Origin: Glaucostegus cemiculus | Taxonomy: Eukaryota | Assembly (NCBI GenBank): GCA_976551045.1 | Contig: CDPCPM010000010.1 | Location: 17,050,001-17,114,000, forward strand | DNA: 64,000 nt | Reading direction: 5' to 3' | Shown here: piece by piece, positions 1-12,400 of the stretch | How the letters are laid out: every line of letters starts with the position of its first letter | Position numbering within the stretch: the first letter of the stretch is position 1 | Notes under the pieces: model-generated | What the model was told of the DNA's origin: nothing | The model's database searches: none | The model's input: the letters and a program-made list of their open reading frames with translations, nothing else | Made by a program: the position numbers and the translations under genes

Positions 1-1840
1 CAATGTAGTCGACGCCTGTGGCTGGGGTGGTCACTGAATGGATGTGGGGGCGGGACAGCGTGTCAGCGACCACATTGCTCTTCCCAGCAATGTGGCGGAT
101 GTCGGTGGTAAACTCCGAAATGAAGGAGAGGTGCCGTTGCTGCCGAGCCGACCACGGGTCCGACGTCTTAGCCAGGGCAAACGTGAGGGGCTTGTGGTCC
201 GTGTAGAAGGTGAAGTACCTCCCCTCAAGGAAATAACAGAAATGGCGGACAGCCAGGTAAGAGCCAGCAGCTCCCTATCAAAAACGCTGTACCTGACATC
301 TGGCGGCCGCAAATTTTGGCTGAAAAAAGCGAGCGGTCTCCACTGGCCCTCAACGAGTTGTTCCAAAACCCCACTGACCGCCGTGTCGGAAGCGTCGACA
401 GTGAGCGCTGTGGGGACGTCGACTCTTGGGTGCACCAAAAGTGTTGCCTTGGCCAGTGCCTCCTTAGCCTGATCGAAAGCTGCCGAGGCCACCGCGTCCC
501 AAACAACATCCTTGGCCTTGCCAGCCATGAGTCCGAACAAGGGCCGCATGATGCATGCTGCTGCGGGCACAAAACGGTGGTAGAAGTTCACCATCCCCAC
601 GAATTCTTGCAGGCCCTTGACCGTGTAGGGCTTGGGAAATTGGAGGACGGCCTGCACCTTGTTGGGTAGCGGGGCGGCGCCATGCTGGTTCACCCTGTGG
701 CCCAAGAAGTCGCTCTCCCGCAGCCCGAACTGGCACTTCGCCAAGTTGATCACCAACCCCTGGTCGCTCAGGCGCTGGCAGAGCTGACGGAGATGGGCTG
801 AGTGCTCCTTGCGTGACTTGCTGGCTACCAGGATGTCATCCAGGTACACAAAAGCGAAATTGAGGCCTCTGCTCACTGAGTCCATTAGCCGTTGAAAAGT
901 CTGGGCGGCGTTCTTTAGGCCGAAAGGCATTCGGAGGAACTCGAACAGCCCAAAGGGGGTGATAAGGGCTGTTTTGGGCCCGTCGTCGGGGTGAACAGGG
1001 ATCTGATGGTATCCCTGGACCAGATCAATCCTAGAGAAAATGGTTGCCCCATGGAGGTTCGTTGTGAAGTCCTGGATGTGGGGCACAGGGTACCTGTCGG
1101 CAGTTGTGGCATCATTGAGCCTCCTGTAGTCTCCGCAGATTGTCCAGCCCCCCGCTGCTTTGGGCACCATGTGGAGCTGGGATGCCCATGGGCTGTCGGA
1201 ACGGCGGATGATGCCCAACTCCTCCATCCTGCGAAACTCCTCCTCGGCGAGGCGGAGCTTGTCGGGCGGGAGCCTGCGGGCACGGGCATGTAGTGGAGGT
1301 CCCTGTGTGGTGATGTAGTGCTGCACGCCGTGCTTGGGGACTGCAGTGGAGAATTGCAGGGTGATAATGGAAGGAAACTCTGCCAACACCTTAGCAAACC
1401 CGTCGTTGGAGAGTGCAACAGAGTCAAGGTGGGGGGCAGGTGACCGGGTGTTCCCGAGCTGGTAGCTTTGGAAAGTCTCAGCATGGACCAGACGCCGGCC
1501 CTTCAGATCGACCAGCAAGCGGTTGGCGCGCAGGAAATCCGCCCCTAGCAGTGGCTGCGATACCGCTGCTACTGTGAAAGTCCAGGTAAACGAACTGGTC
1601 CCAAAACGTAACGGGATAGTGCGCAGGCCATAGGTGCGGATGGTAGAGCTGTTCGCAGTGGTGAGTTCAGGGCCTTTGACCGCGTTGTGGGTATCCATGT
1701 TGGAGGGGGGGAAGGACGCTGATTTTGGCCCCTGTATCCACCAGGAAACACCGCCCAGTGAGCCGGTCCCAAAGGAAGAGTAGGCTGTCTCGCTGGCCAG
1801 CCGTCGAAGCCACTAACGACGGCTGGCCTCGGCGTTTCCC
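1..1840 (-). pseudogene. pol: pol (protease, RT, RNase H) with frameshifts at about 1705 and about 260
   Basis: Protease in ORF 1667-1906, RT/RNase H in ORF 31-1698; the frame breaks at a G-run near 1705 and again after DRELLAL, where YTDHKPL continues in another frame. Confidence 0.92.
1795..1840 (-). promoter_or_regulatory. Programmed -1 ribosomal frameshift signal at the gag-pol junction
   Basis: G GGA AAC slippery heptamer (1834-1840) in gag phase, 5-nt spacer, perfect 12-bp stem GGCCAGCCGTCG/CGACGGCTGGCC; the -1 frame leads into the protease. Confidence 0.85.
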
Positions 1841-2505
1841 AGGAAAGGACACAGCGGCTGGCAGCGGCGCGCATTCGTCCCCCACCTCTTGTGGTAGAAA
1901 CACCACTGCCCTGGGCCTTTGTCTTTGTCCTCTGCGGGCCCTGACGGTTTGGGTTTTGGAACCTTAGCCAGAGGCTGTGAGGCCGCCGCTACCCAGGTGG
2001 AGGCCACTCCTTACCGCCGACTGCACCAAATAACATCCGCTGTGGCCGCAAGGGCGCGCGGGTCACTGAAATCTCCACTGGCGAGGAGGGGGCACATATC
2101 ATCTGGGAGTTGCTCGAGGAATAGCTGCCGAAACAGGAAACATGGCTGATGATCGTCCATGAGTGCCAGCATCTCGTCCATCAACTCAGAGGGCTTGCGG
2201 TCGCCTAGGCCATCCATATGGAGGAGCCTCGTGGCTCGGTCACTGAGGGAAAGGCCGAACGTGCAGATGAGGAGAGCCTTGATTCGGGCGTACCTGTCCT
2301 CCGTCGGTGGCTGGCGTAGGAAATTGATGACGCGACCGGCCGTGACCTGGTCGAGGGCGCTGACCACATAGTAATACTTAGTGGTGTCGGCTTCGATGCC
2401 CCTGACGCTGAACTGGGCCTCCGCCTGTTCAAACCAGACTTGAGGCTGTGAGGTCCAGAAAACCGGGAGCTTGAGTGCCACTGCGTTGTGAGAGTCAGTA
2501 TCCAT
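1813..2505 (-). pseudogene. gag: gag, interrupted by one in-frame TAA at 2011-2013
   Basis: ORFs 2011-2505 and 1813-2007 are in the same frame; N-terminal KLPVFWTSQPQVWFEQAEAQF motif; C-terminal CFYHKRWGTNARRCQPLC zinc-knuckle-like motif. Confidence 0.88.
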
Positions 2506-2527
2506 GATTCCAGATGCCGTCTGGAAT

Positions 2528-2541
2528 CGTCGGGGTCACCA
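2528..2541 (-). promoter_or_regulatory. Primer binding site complementary to the 3' end of tRNA-Trp
   Basis: Minus strand TGGTGACCCCGACG matches the first 14 nt of the tRNA-Trp PBS known from avian retroviruses (TGGTGACCCCGACGTGAT). Confidence 0.85.
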
Positions 2542-2543
2542 AA

Positions 2544-2779
2544 TGTAGCAGCCAGCAGGGTGCGACTTAAAAGAACACAAGGACACGGAGATTCGATCGA
2601 GCATGTTTTAATAACTCACCACAAGCCACACATAACCCGAACGAACTAAAAACATGGCCGGCGGAAAGTGACGTCATACTCCCGCCGGAAGTCCCGCCTT
2701 CCGGCGCTGTCGCGGGAACTCGCGCGTTTCCCCGCGACGGCCGACGGCGTTTCCGATCCCGACATCGTGAGTCGCTACA
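2544..2779 (-). repeat. 5' LTR (236 bp)
   Basis: TG...CA ends with 6-bp inverted termini TGTAGC/GCTACA; ATTAAA on the minus strand at 2607-2612; PBS 2 nt downstream. Confidence 0.9.
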
Positions 2780-4610
2780 GATGCCACATTTTCCCACAGG
2801 GCAGACTGCTGGGATTTTATTCTTAGCTGGATATAAGGCAGATGATGGGCAAAATCAAGAAGAACAGCTTGCTGCCAGTATGCTGCTGATCCCTAACCTT
2901 ACTGTGGAACTACCCTGCAAGTGATTGTAATCACTAGAAGAAGGGAGGCACTTGATTAACAAATTCAAACACTTGAACCTAAATCTGACATTAATTTGCT
3001 GAGTCAGATTTCTCTCTTTAACTGACGCCTATCTGACTTGCAGAAATTGCTGTCTGAGAGCACACATATTTTCTGAAAAAGTCCCCGACACAATTATAAA
3101 CAGGGAGTTAAAATAATCTGTATATGAATTCTGGAACAGCAGGTAACTTGTAAGGTTATCCTGCTACCTATCCACACAGTGCATTCTTTCTGAGAGAACC
3201 ATTTGACCTCACCTTTGCTAACTCTGTGCTTCTGGTAGTATGTCTTCTCCTTCCTTGCTAAAATTCGAAGAGTTAGTCATTTTAGACATGGTTTACATAG
3301 ATTAATTTTTCAAAAAGGTGCACTTGGCAGACTTGGTTGTTGTTGAACTGCACTATATAGTTTTCTTTGTGCAAAGGAAAATATGGCACCTAGGATCGGA
3401 GTCTCATCCAGGAGGTCAGAGATGAGAGAGGGCTGGCATTAAGGGGTCCCATTGTGGCTGGCTGGAGATCAAGGGCTTAATGGAGACATAGGAATCGGGG
3501 TGAAGGTGGTTGGCCAGAGATTTAGGGTGGTGGGAAATTCAAGGCCTCGAACTGTTTGAGTAGGGGGATTGGGACAAATGGATATCAGGGATTGGATAGT
3601 TGGTCCATTTGGGGATGGGGGTAGGGGGCTGAGTCTAAGGCTGCTTGGGGCTCAAGGAGTAAGATTGAAGTGGGTGCAAGGGATGTTACTGTGGGGGGGT
3701 TGCTCACTGAAGAGGTGCAAGGGCGACTTATCTTAGTGTGGCTCAGGCAGGAGCAACATTATTAAAGTATTGTGATTAATTTCCCTGGCAATGCTCTGAG
3801 GTTGCCCACCAATTGGTCACATTTGCATTTCCCTTCAGAGTGATAGATAATCAGATGCATTGCTGCAATACACATCTAAATTTCTAGGGACACCTCTGTT
3901 TGCCTAAATCTTCAACCAAGGAATGGTGTATTGGACACAGGGAACTAAAATAAACAAAGGCAAGGAAGGTTTAAACTTCAGTCTGTAATTTTTGTTTTAT
4001 AATGTTAAACATTGTTTTTTTTTCATTCATCTTCTTTGGATAAATAGTTTAAAAATGTTTTCAGGGATAGGATACAATACTGATGCTGCCATTTTAGCTG
4101 ATCCAATTTTAATGTAGTCATCACCTCTGGAGCAACAAAACCTAAACAGAGAATGTTTTAATAGCACTAAACATGATATGCAGATCAAATTATTTTAATA
4201 TCGAATTCATAACCAAGGAACAGTGACAGCTCAGAAGGAGGCTGCTCTGCCCATCCAGTCTGTACAAGTTCTGTGTCAGAACTCTTCCCATCCTCTCCAT
4301 AAAGCTCTGCAAATTCCTTTCGGATACCCACCCATTGCTGTGAAAGTCCATTGTGCACTGTTTTGCAGCTGTAACATTAAACTCTTTCTCACACATTTGC
4401 AAACAGTATGGCTCCAAGAACAAGATTTCATATCCAAATTCAATAGCTTGGTTCAAATTCAATAATGATTCAAATTCAACACCTTGATCTATTTTGTTAA
4501 GGCAACATTAAGCAGCATCTTGTGACATCATCTGTGCCTTGTAACAATAATATTAATTAAAATAAGGAAAGGACACTAATTACTTATCTTCACTTATCTT
4601 TTCTATCTAG

Positions 4611-4659
4611 ACTGGTGACCCTGTTCAAATGAATGGGGCTTTGCTCTCTAAGGCGCCAG
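4611..4659 (+). CDS. Candidate 49-nt internal host exon (TGDPVQMNGALLSKAP), gene unidentified
   Basis: Branch-point-like CACTAAT at 4574-4580, pyrimidine tract, TAG acceptor, CAG|GTAAAA donor; only one frame is open. Confidence 0.5.
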
Positions 4660-5619
4660 GTAAAAAGTGCATCTGATCTCTCAGCTCAAGATGTTGGTGC
4701 TCTGCTCCAGTCCAACAGCAGGTTGATAGATCACATGCCCCAGCATGTGACCTTCAGGATGTTTCCCACTTACTGCAATGTGCAGAGGTCAAATCCAGAA
4801 AATTCTGGCCCCCAAAGGAGCACCTCACCGATGGTCTCTTCCACAACACCAACTCAAATTGAGTACATTTTTGCCAATTTCGTTATTTTAATCTGTAACC
4901 TTCTGCCCCAAAGTAAAATGTTTTCTTCTACTTTAGACATTGTATTCATCAGAGTTGTTTCTCTTCCTGTCCTAACTCTATTCACCATGTCAAAAGCAAT
5001 AACATGAATAGATTTATTTCTCAATATCCCAGCATTTGCATTCTCTTGTATCTATATGAATAGAAGTGCCAGTTATTCATCTATTGTTGTGGTGATTTAA
5101 AAGTTTAACATCTAAATATCTGCAAGTAATTTAAATGTTGGATAGATATGTGGGAGATCTTGAAACAAGACAGCATTTACCATGACTCTCTTTATAACCT
5201 CCCTAAATCTTTATAAATTCATCTTATTTTAGCTGCTCAATACCCCACTTGGTTGCTGAACAATTAACAATGCAGCTTATTTACTGCTGAGGGCATTTGG
5301 CACTGCTTGACAGAGACCAGAAATCAGACACATCTGTTCATTAGTAACCTTTCAAAACTTTTTCTTCGAATGAATAAAGAAGGATGAGTGTAAGACAGAA
5401 ATATCTATGCCTTCAGAGGAGATAGACATCTAATGCAGAATTTTAGCTTTGGATGTTTCAAATACAAGACACTGAAATCAGAGAGAGGTTTTTGCAACCT
5501 CTCGTTTGATTGGAGCTTTTAAAAGGAAATGGGGATAGGATCTGCCAGATCTAATACTTTCCATGCATTCTTGAGGGCTAAGTAGAGCACGTCCCTCAGT
5601 TATCTTCCCCTTCTACATA

Positions 5620-5710
5620 ATAAAAGCAGAAAATGTTGGAAATACTCAGCAGGACAGGCAGTATTTGTGGAGGGTATATGCTTCAGATTGGCGAACTATC
5701 ATCACAACAT
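5620..5710 (-). mobile_element. Decayed Penelope-type terminal repeat fragment
   Basis: gcagaaaatgttggaaatactcagcaggacaggcag resembles the repeat ends at 35650-35720 and 36500-36540. Confidence 0.5.
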
Positions 5711-6416
5711 GAATGTCCAACCCCTTCTCTTTCCCTGTGAGCCACACATCCTCTTCCTCACTCCATCCCTCCTTTCCATTATACCATGGGACTTCCAACT
5801 TCACTGATCACCTAGGTTACCAGTGATCTGCTTCTGAATCTCATTCTGGCAGACTGAAGCTGGGAAATGGAGTAAAAGTATTTAAGTGAGGTATTGTTGT
5901 TAAATTTGGTTTGACTCTGGCTGCTGATAGGTACCTTCTCCTCCTCTCCATGAATACTGAGAATACAGACTCATCAGCCAAAAACTGACAGCCTTAAAAT
6001 TGGCAAACAGTTGCACTTCGAGGTTCATCTGTAAAGCAGTGTTGCTTCACTTGGAGAATGGATACAAACTAATACATATAGAAGAATCCTAATAGCTATC
6101 AAGTATTTTATTAGGATAACAGCTAATAACTTGATGATTCCAATTAATTACTTGCATCATTTTGGTGATGGATCCTTTCCCACTTATTTGTTAAACAATA
6201 AAATGATGAAGCTTTCATTACATCAGTCTGGTCCCTGTCTACATTATTCTCCAGATCACAAGTACTAACGTCAGTGGTGAATAGCAAGTTAAAGGACATC
6301 CTATTTAATTGACCAATCATGCATGCATTCCTTTAGGCTACTGTGTACCCATTCACAACTGGAAGTAAGGTAAACACCCTCCCAGTGATTGTTTCTGAGT
6401 TTCCAGCAAGTGGATA

Positions 6417-7890
6417 TAGACAATAGACAATAGGAGCAGAAGTAGACCATTCGGCCCTTCGAGTCTGCTCCGCCATTTTGAGATCATGGCTGATCCTCAC
6501 CCAATATCCCGTTCCTGCCTTGTCCCCATATCCCTTGATTCCCCTATCTATAAGAAACCTATCTAGCTCCTTCTTGAAAGTGCCCAGAGAATTGGCCTCC
6601 ACTGCCCTCTGAGGCAGTGCGTTCCACAGACTCATAACCCTCTGGGAGAAGAAGTTTTTCCTCACCTCTGTCCTAAATGGCCTACCCCTTATTCTTAAAT
6701 CATGCCCTCTGGTCCTGGACTTCCCCAACATCTGGAACATATTTCCTGTCTCTATCTTGTCCAATCCCTTAACAATCTTGCATGTTTCAATCAGATCCCC
6801 TCTCAATCTTCTCAATTCCAGCGTGTACAATCCCAGTCTATCCAACCTCTCTGCATAAGACAGTCCTGACATCCCTGGAATTAACCACGTAAACCTACGC
6901 TGCATGCCCTCTATAGCCAGGATATCCTTCCTTAACCCCGGAGACCAAAACTGTACACAATACTCCAGGAGCGGTCTCACCAGGGCACTGTACAACTGCA
7001 AAAGAATCTCTTTGCTCGTACTCAATTCCCCTCATAATACAGGCCAACATTCCATTAGCCTTCATCACCGCCTGCTGCACTTGCTCATTCACTTTCAGCG
7101 ACTGATGAACAAGGACTCCTAGATCCCTTTGTACCTCCCCTTTACCTAACCCCAGACCATTCAGGTAATAATCCGCCTTCCTGTTCCTGCTCCCAAAGTG
7201 GATAACCTCACACTTATCCACATTAAACTTCATCTGCCAAGTATCTGCCCACTCACCCAACCTATCCAAGTCACCTTGAATCCTTCTAACTTCCTCTACA
7301 CATGTCGCACTGCCACCCAACTTTGTATCATCAGCAAACTTGCCAATTTTATTCTCAATGCCTTCATCTAAATCATTAACATAGATTGTAAACAGCTGCG
7401 GTCCCAGCACCGAGCCCTGCGGCACCCCACTAGTCACGGCCTGCCATTCCGAGAAACATCCATTCACCCCTACCCTTTGCTTCCTATCTGCCAACCAGTT
7501 TTCTATCCAAGTTAATACCCTCCCCCCAATTCCATGAGCCCCCATTTTACCCACCAATCTCCTGTGCGGCACCTTATCAAATGCCTTCTGAAAGTCGAGG
7601 TACACAACATCCACTGAATCTCCCTCGTCTCTTTTCCTGGTTACATCCTCAAAAAACTCCAGTAGATTAGTCAAGCACGATTTGCCCTTGGTAAATCCAT
7701 GTTGACTTGACCCAATCCTATCATTGCTATCCAAATATTCCGCTATTTCATCCTTAATAATGGACTCTAGCATCTTCCCCACCACAGACGTCAGGCTAAC
7801 CGGACGATAGTTCCCTGTTTTCTCCCTCCCTCCTTTCTTAAAAAGTGGGATAACATTGGCCATTCTCCAATCCTCAGGAACTGACCCAGA
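6417..7890 (-). mobile_element. Young 5'-truncated CR1 LINE (RT and 3' end), one frameshift near 7018
   Basis: RT motifs YLDFQKAFDKV, GVPQGSVLGP, KFADDTKLGG; (TATTGTC)n tail; near-identical to 37859-39213. Confidence 0.95.
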
Positions 7891-8689
7891 TATTAAGCTT
7901 TTTTTTTGAAAATTTTCTGTAAAACCAAAATTCTCATGGGAAATGAAAAGAAATATGAATACTTAAGTAATGTTTAAATGCACTTACTGAAGAAGTTCAA
8001 TTTTTATTTTCCAGTGTTGACTCAGGTATTGTCACTTCCAGAGAAAACACTAAAATTGCAAAGGTTTATTGATTGCACAAAGATAAATAACAAGGTAAAT
8101 CAATTTACAATTAAGATCTCCAACTCAAAGCTCAAAACATTGCACTTTTATTCAGAAAGAACTTTTAAATGTAAAGTCAAAAATGATGAAAGATCACATT
8201 TAAATATTGCAAAACTAAATTCCATTTGACGGCCCTTGGGGATCAGTGCCAGGTGTGATTGGTTTCTTGTTGAATAGGCAGAAACCATTTCTTGTTTGCT
8301 GCAAAGTAAATTTAGCAGAAAGCACAATAATCAGTGATGGTTAAAGGAAAATCAGCAAACATAAACAATGACACACATAGTTAATATGCTGAATGAAGTT
8401 CTGAAGTGAGCTGAGGTTCCTGGGGATTGCATGGGGTGTGAATATTAGGTATAAGCCATGTTCTGCACCAAATGGTTGTCAGGGTGGTCCAGGGGTTGTG
8501 GCCTCAGGATCTAACACCAGGGGCTTAGTTGCTACTTGTGGCCTATTCTGCTTTGTAAAAGGGGCACAATCATGAGGTATCTTGTACAATGGACCTTGCT
8601 GGGCTATGAAAGGTTAGTCCATTCGTGGGGTTGCATAGGATGTGAACACGAGCCAGGTGCAGTATAACTCAGTGCAATGTTTTACATTG

Positions 8690-8825
8690 AAGACCTTTCT
8701 ATAGAATTGGTCATCAACCTAATAAATTAACTGTGTCTCTCTATAAAAGTGCTACCATCCTGCTGTGTATATGCACAATTTACTGTTTTCATTTCGGATT
8801 TCCAACATCAGCACTACTTTGCTTT
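8690..8825 (+). mobile_element. Decayed Penelope-like terminal fragment
   Basis: actgttttcatttcggatttccaacatcagca resembles the other Penelope-type ends in the window. Confidence 0.35.
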
Positions 8826-8959
8826 TATATTTTAATGAGAGCTTGAAGCAGCTGTGCTTGAATCACTGTGAGGAAAAATTGCTTAATGCCAGTAAGTTCA
8901 TGCCAGTTATAGATTCTTAAAGGCAGAGTCAAAGTGTCCTTCAGTTCACGATGTCCACG

Positions 8960-9260
8960 CCTACTTTGAAACACCTATTTACACTAATCCTACACCAATC
9001 CCGTTCTATACTCCTTACATTGTCATGAATTCCACCCCTTCCCCCACCCCAGTTTCTACCACTCACCTACAAAAAGGGGCAATTTTCAGTGGCCTATTAA
9101 CTTACCAACCCTCATATTTTTGCATGTGGAAGGAGACTGGAGCACCTAAGGTAAATCCATTCAATTACAGGGAGAATATGTAAACTTCACACAGACAGCA
9201 CTGGGGGTTCAGGACTAAACCAGTGTTGCTGGAGCTCTGTAAGCTGAGTCACAATACTGC
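8960..9260 (-). mobile_element. V-SINE (HE1-like) remnant
   Basis: Reverse complement contains V-domain-like TTCTCCCTGT...GGTGCTCCAGTCTCCTTCCACA. Confidence 0.6.
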
Positions 9261-9479
9261 CTGAGTTCTTGTTTGAAATTCCAAAAGTAGAAAACAAATT
9301 AATTCTAGCAGAGTAATACTGATACAAAAAATACAGTGAATCATTTAAAAATAATGAATTAATGAAAGCCAAATGGGGAAAGCCAGTCTCAGTGAAAGGA
9401 ATCTGATTTAAAAAAATACACCTTTGAGGGTAGGAGAATAAAAAGAAGTAACAAAATAGAGAAAGATAAACCCTTTAAA

Positions 9480-12400
9480 AAGTTTGTGTTTTCACGGCCT
9501 TTTTACTTAGGAGTGAATCAGGAGCTGAGAGACCAAGGAGCAGTGGGTCCCTCACAGGTCCAGGCTAATTTAGAAGGGCCAATAAAAAGGAGGTCGTGTC
9601 AAGTGGAGCAGCCATCTTGGAGCAACCATTGTTGAAATGGACAGTGTCAGAGTGAGTGGCCTTGGCACAAGAGGTGTCGGCATCAAGAGGCAGAGGCCAT
9701 CTGCAACAATACTGGTGAGTAGCTGGTAAGTAAAGGTTATGTTATTATTATAACTTTTAAGTAGAATACAGCTAGGTAAGAAAAAAATAGTTCAGATGGA
9801 GGGTAAGATGACGTGCTGCAGCTGCGTGATGTGGGTGCTAGTGGACTCTGCTGTGGTGCACGGTGACCACATCTGTAGTAAGTGCTTGAGGCTGGAGGAA
9901 CTTCAGCGTAGAATTGCTGTGCTGGAGTCTCAGCTTCAAACGCTGCGAAACATCAGGGAGGGAGAGAGTTATGTGGATGCTGTGCATTGGGAGGCCGTCA
10001 CCCCCACTTAGACCAGGTACTTCTAGGGTCCAGGAGGCAGATAGATGGGTGACTGTCAGAGGAAAAAAAGAGAAAGGGAACAGGCAGACATTGCAGAGGA
10101 CCCCGGAGGCTGTTCCCCTTAAAAACAGGTATTCCACTTTGGATGCTGTTGAGGGGGATGACCTACAGGGATCAAGCAGCAGAAGCCAGGTCTCTGACAG
10201 TGGGACTGGTCCTGCTGCTCAGAAGGGAAGGGAGGAGAAGGGGAGGGCAATAGTGATAGGGGCTCGATAGTCAGGGGAACAGACAGGAGGTTCTGTGGAC
10301 ATGAGCAAGAATCCCGGATGGTATGTTGCCTCCCAGGTGCCGGGGTCTGCAGCATTCTTGTGAGGGAGGGAAAGCAGCCAGAAGTTGTGGTACATGTTGG
10401 TACCAATGACATAGGTAGAAAGAGGAATGAGGTCCTGAAAAAGTGAGTTTAGGGAGCTAGGCAGAAGCCTGAAGAACAGGACCTCAAGGGTAGCAATCTC
10501 AGGATTGCTGCCAGTGCCACGTGATAGTGAAGGTAAGAATAGGAGGAGATGGCAGATGAATGCATGGCTGAGGAGTTGGTGCAGGAAGGATGGTTTTAGA
10601 TTTTTGGATCATTGAGATCTCATCTGGGGGAGGTGGGACCCGTACAGAGAGGATGGGTTACATCTGAACTCGAGGGGGACCAATGTCCTTGCAGGCAGGT
10701 TTGCTAGTGTAGTTTGGGAGGGTTTAAACTAGTTTGCAAGGGGGATGGGAACCGGAGGGATAGGTCAGTAGAAGAAATGCATGGAGTAAAGCCAGATCTA
10801 ACATATAGAAAGGCTTTGAGGAAGGAGAAGCAGAGTATAGGGTATAAAAGTAGTAAGGTGGATGGGCTAAAGCGCATTTACTTAAACGTAAGAAGCGTCA
10901 GGAATAAGGGTGATGAACTGAGAGCTTGGATAAATACATGGAACTATGATTTTGTGGCTCTTTCAGAGACTTGGCTATCACCAGGGCAGGAATGGATACT
11001 ATACTGAATATTCCCAGATTTCAGTGTTTTAAAAGGGATAGGGAGGGGGGAAGAAGAGGACAAGGGATGGCGTTAATGGTCAGGGATACTATTACAGTTG
11101 CAGAAAGGGTGGATAATGTAGCAGGATCCTCTCTAGAGTCAGTATGGGTGGAAGTTAGGTACAAGGAAGGAGCAGTTACTCCACTGGGAGTAGTCTATAG
11201 GCCCCCAGGTAGTAGGAAGGATACTGAGGAGCAGATCAGGGGGCAGATTTTGGAAAGGTGCAAGAATAACAGGGTTGTTATCATGGGAGACTTCAACTTC
11301 CCAAATATTGATTGGCACCTGCTTAGTTCCAAAGGCTTAGATGGGGCAGAGTTTGTTAAGTGTGTCCAGGACGGATTCCTGTCACAGTATGTTGACAGGC
11401 CGACTAGGGGCAATGCCATATTAGATCTAGTATTAGGTAATGAACCAGGTCAGGTGACAGATCTCTCAGTGGGTGAGTATTTAGGGGACAGTGACCACTG
11501 CTCCCTAACCTTCAGCATTGTCATGGACAAAGATAGGAGCAAGGATTACAGGAAATTATTTAATTGGGGAAGGGCAAATTATGAGGCTATAAGGCTAGAA
11601 CTTGCAAATGTGAATTGGGATGATATTTTTGAAGGGAAATGTACTATCGAGATGTGGTCATTGCTCAGCGATCTCTTGCAGGATGTTAGGGATAAATTTG
11701 TCCTAGCGAGGCAGAGAAAGAATGACAGGGTGAAGGAACCATGGTTGACAAGAGAGGTGGAACATTTAGTTAGGAGGAAGAAGGCAGCATATGTAAGGTG
11801 TAAGCAGCAAGGACCAGATAGGTCACTTGAAGAATATAGGGTAGCAAGGAAGGAACTTAAGAAGCGGCTGAGGAGACCAAGAAGGGGACATGAAAATGCC
11901 TTGGCGGGTAGGGTTAAGGAAATCCCCAAGGCATTTTTCACATGTGAAGAGCAGAAAGATGATGGGAGTAATGGGAGTAAAAATAGGACCAATTAGGGTT
12001 AAAGGTGGCAAGATGTGCCTGGAAGCTGTGGAAGTGGGTGAGGTTCTCAATGAATACTTCTCTTCAATATTCACCACGGAGAGGGGCCTTGATGACACTG
12101 AGGACAGTGTTGGTAAGTTTAATGTTTTAGACCATGTTGATATCAAGAGAGAGGATGTGTTGGAGCTGTTAGAAAATATTAGGACAGTTAAGTCCCCATT
12201 GCCTGACGGAATATTCCCCAGGCTGCTCCGTAAGGCAAGGGAGGAGATTGCTGAGCCTTTGCCTAGGATCTTTAAGTCCTTGTTGTCCACGGGAATGGTA
12301 CTGGAGGATTGGAGGGTGGCAAATGTTGTCCCCATATTCAAAAAAGGAAGTAGGGATAGTCCATGGAATTATAGACCAGTGAGCCTTACATCTGGGAAAG

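Larger units (their letters stand above)
1..2779 (-). mobile_element. Ty3/Gypsy LTR retrotransposon, 5' half (LTR-PBS-gag-PR-RT-RNaseH); continues beyond the window start
   Basis: Terminal repeat with TGTAGC...GCTACA ends, PBS, gag-like ORF, protease FLVDTGA, RT motifs (CGDYRRLN, MPFGLKNA, YLDDILV), RNase H (LTVDASD); PR-RT-RH order typical of Gypsy. Confidence 0.97.

Noticed and set aside
18-2432. Overlapping antisense and alternative-frame ORFs in the Gypsy element
   Set aside because: Expected from high GC content; no motifs
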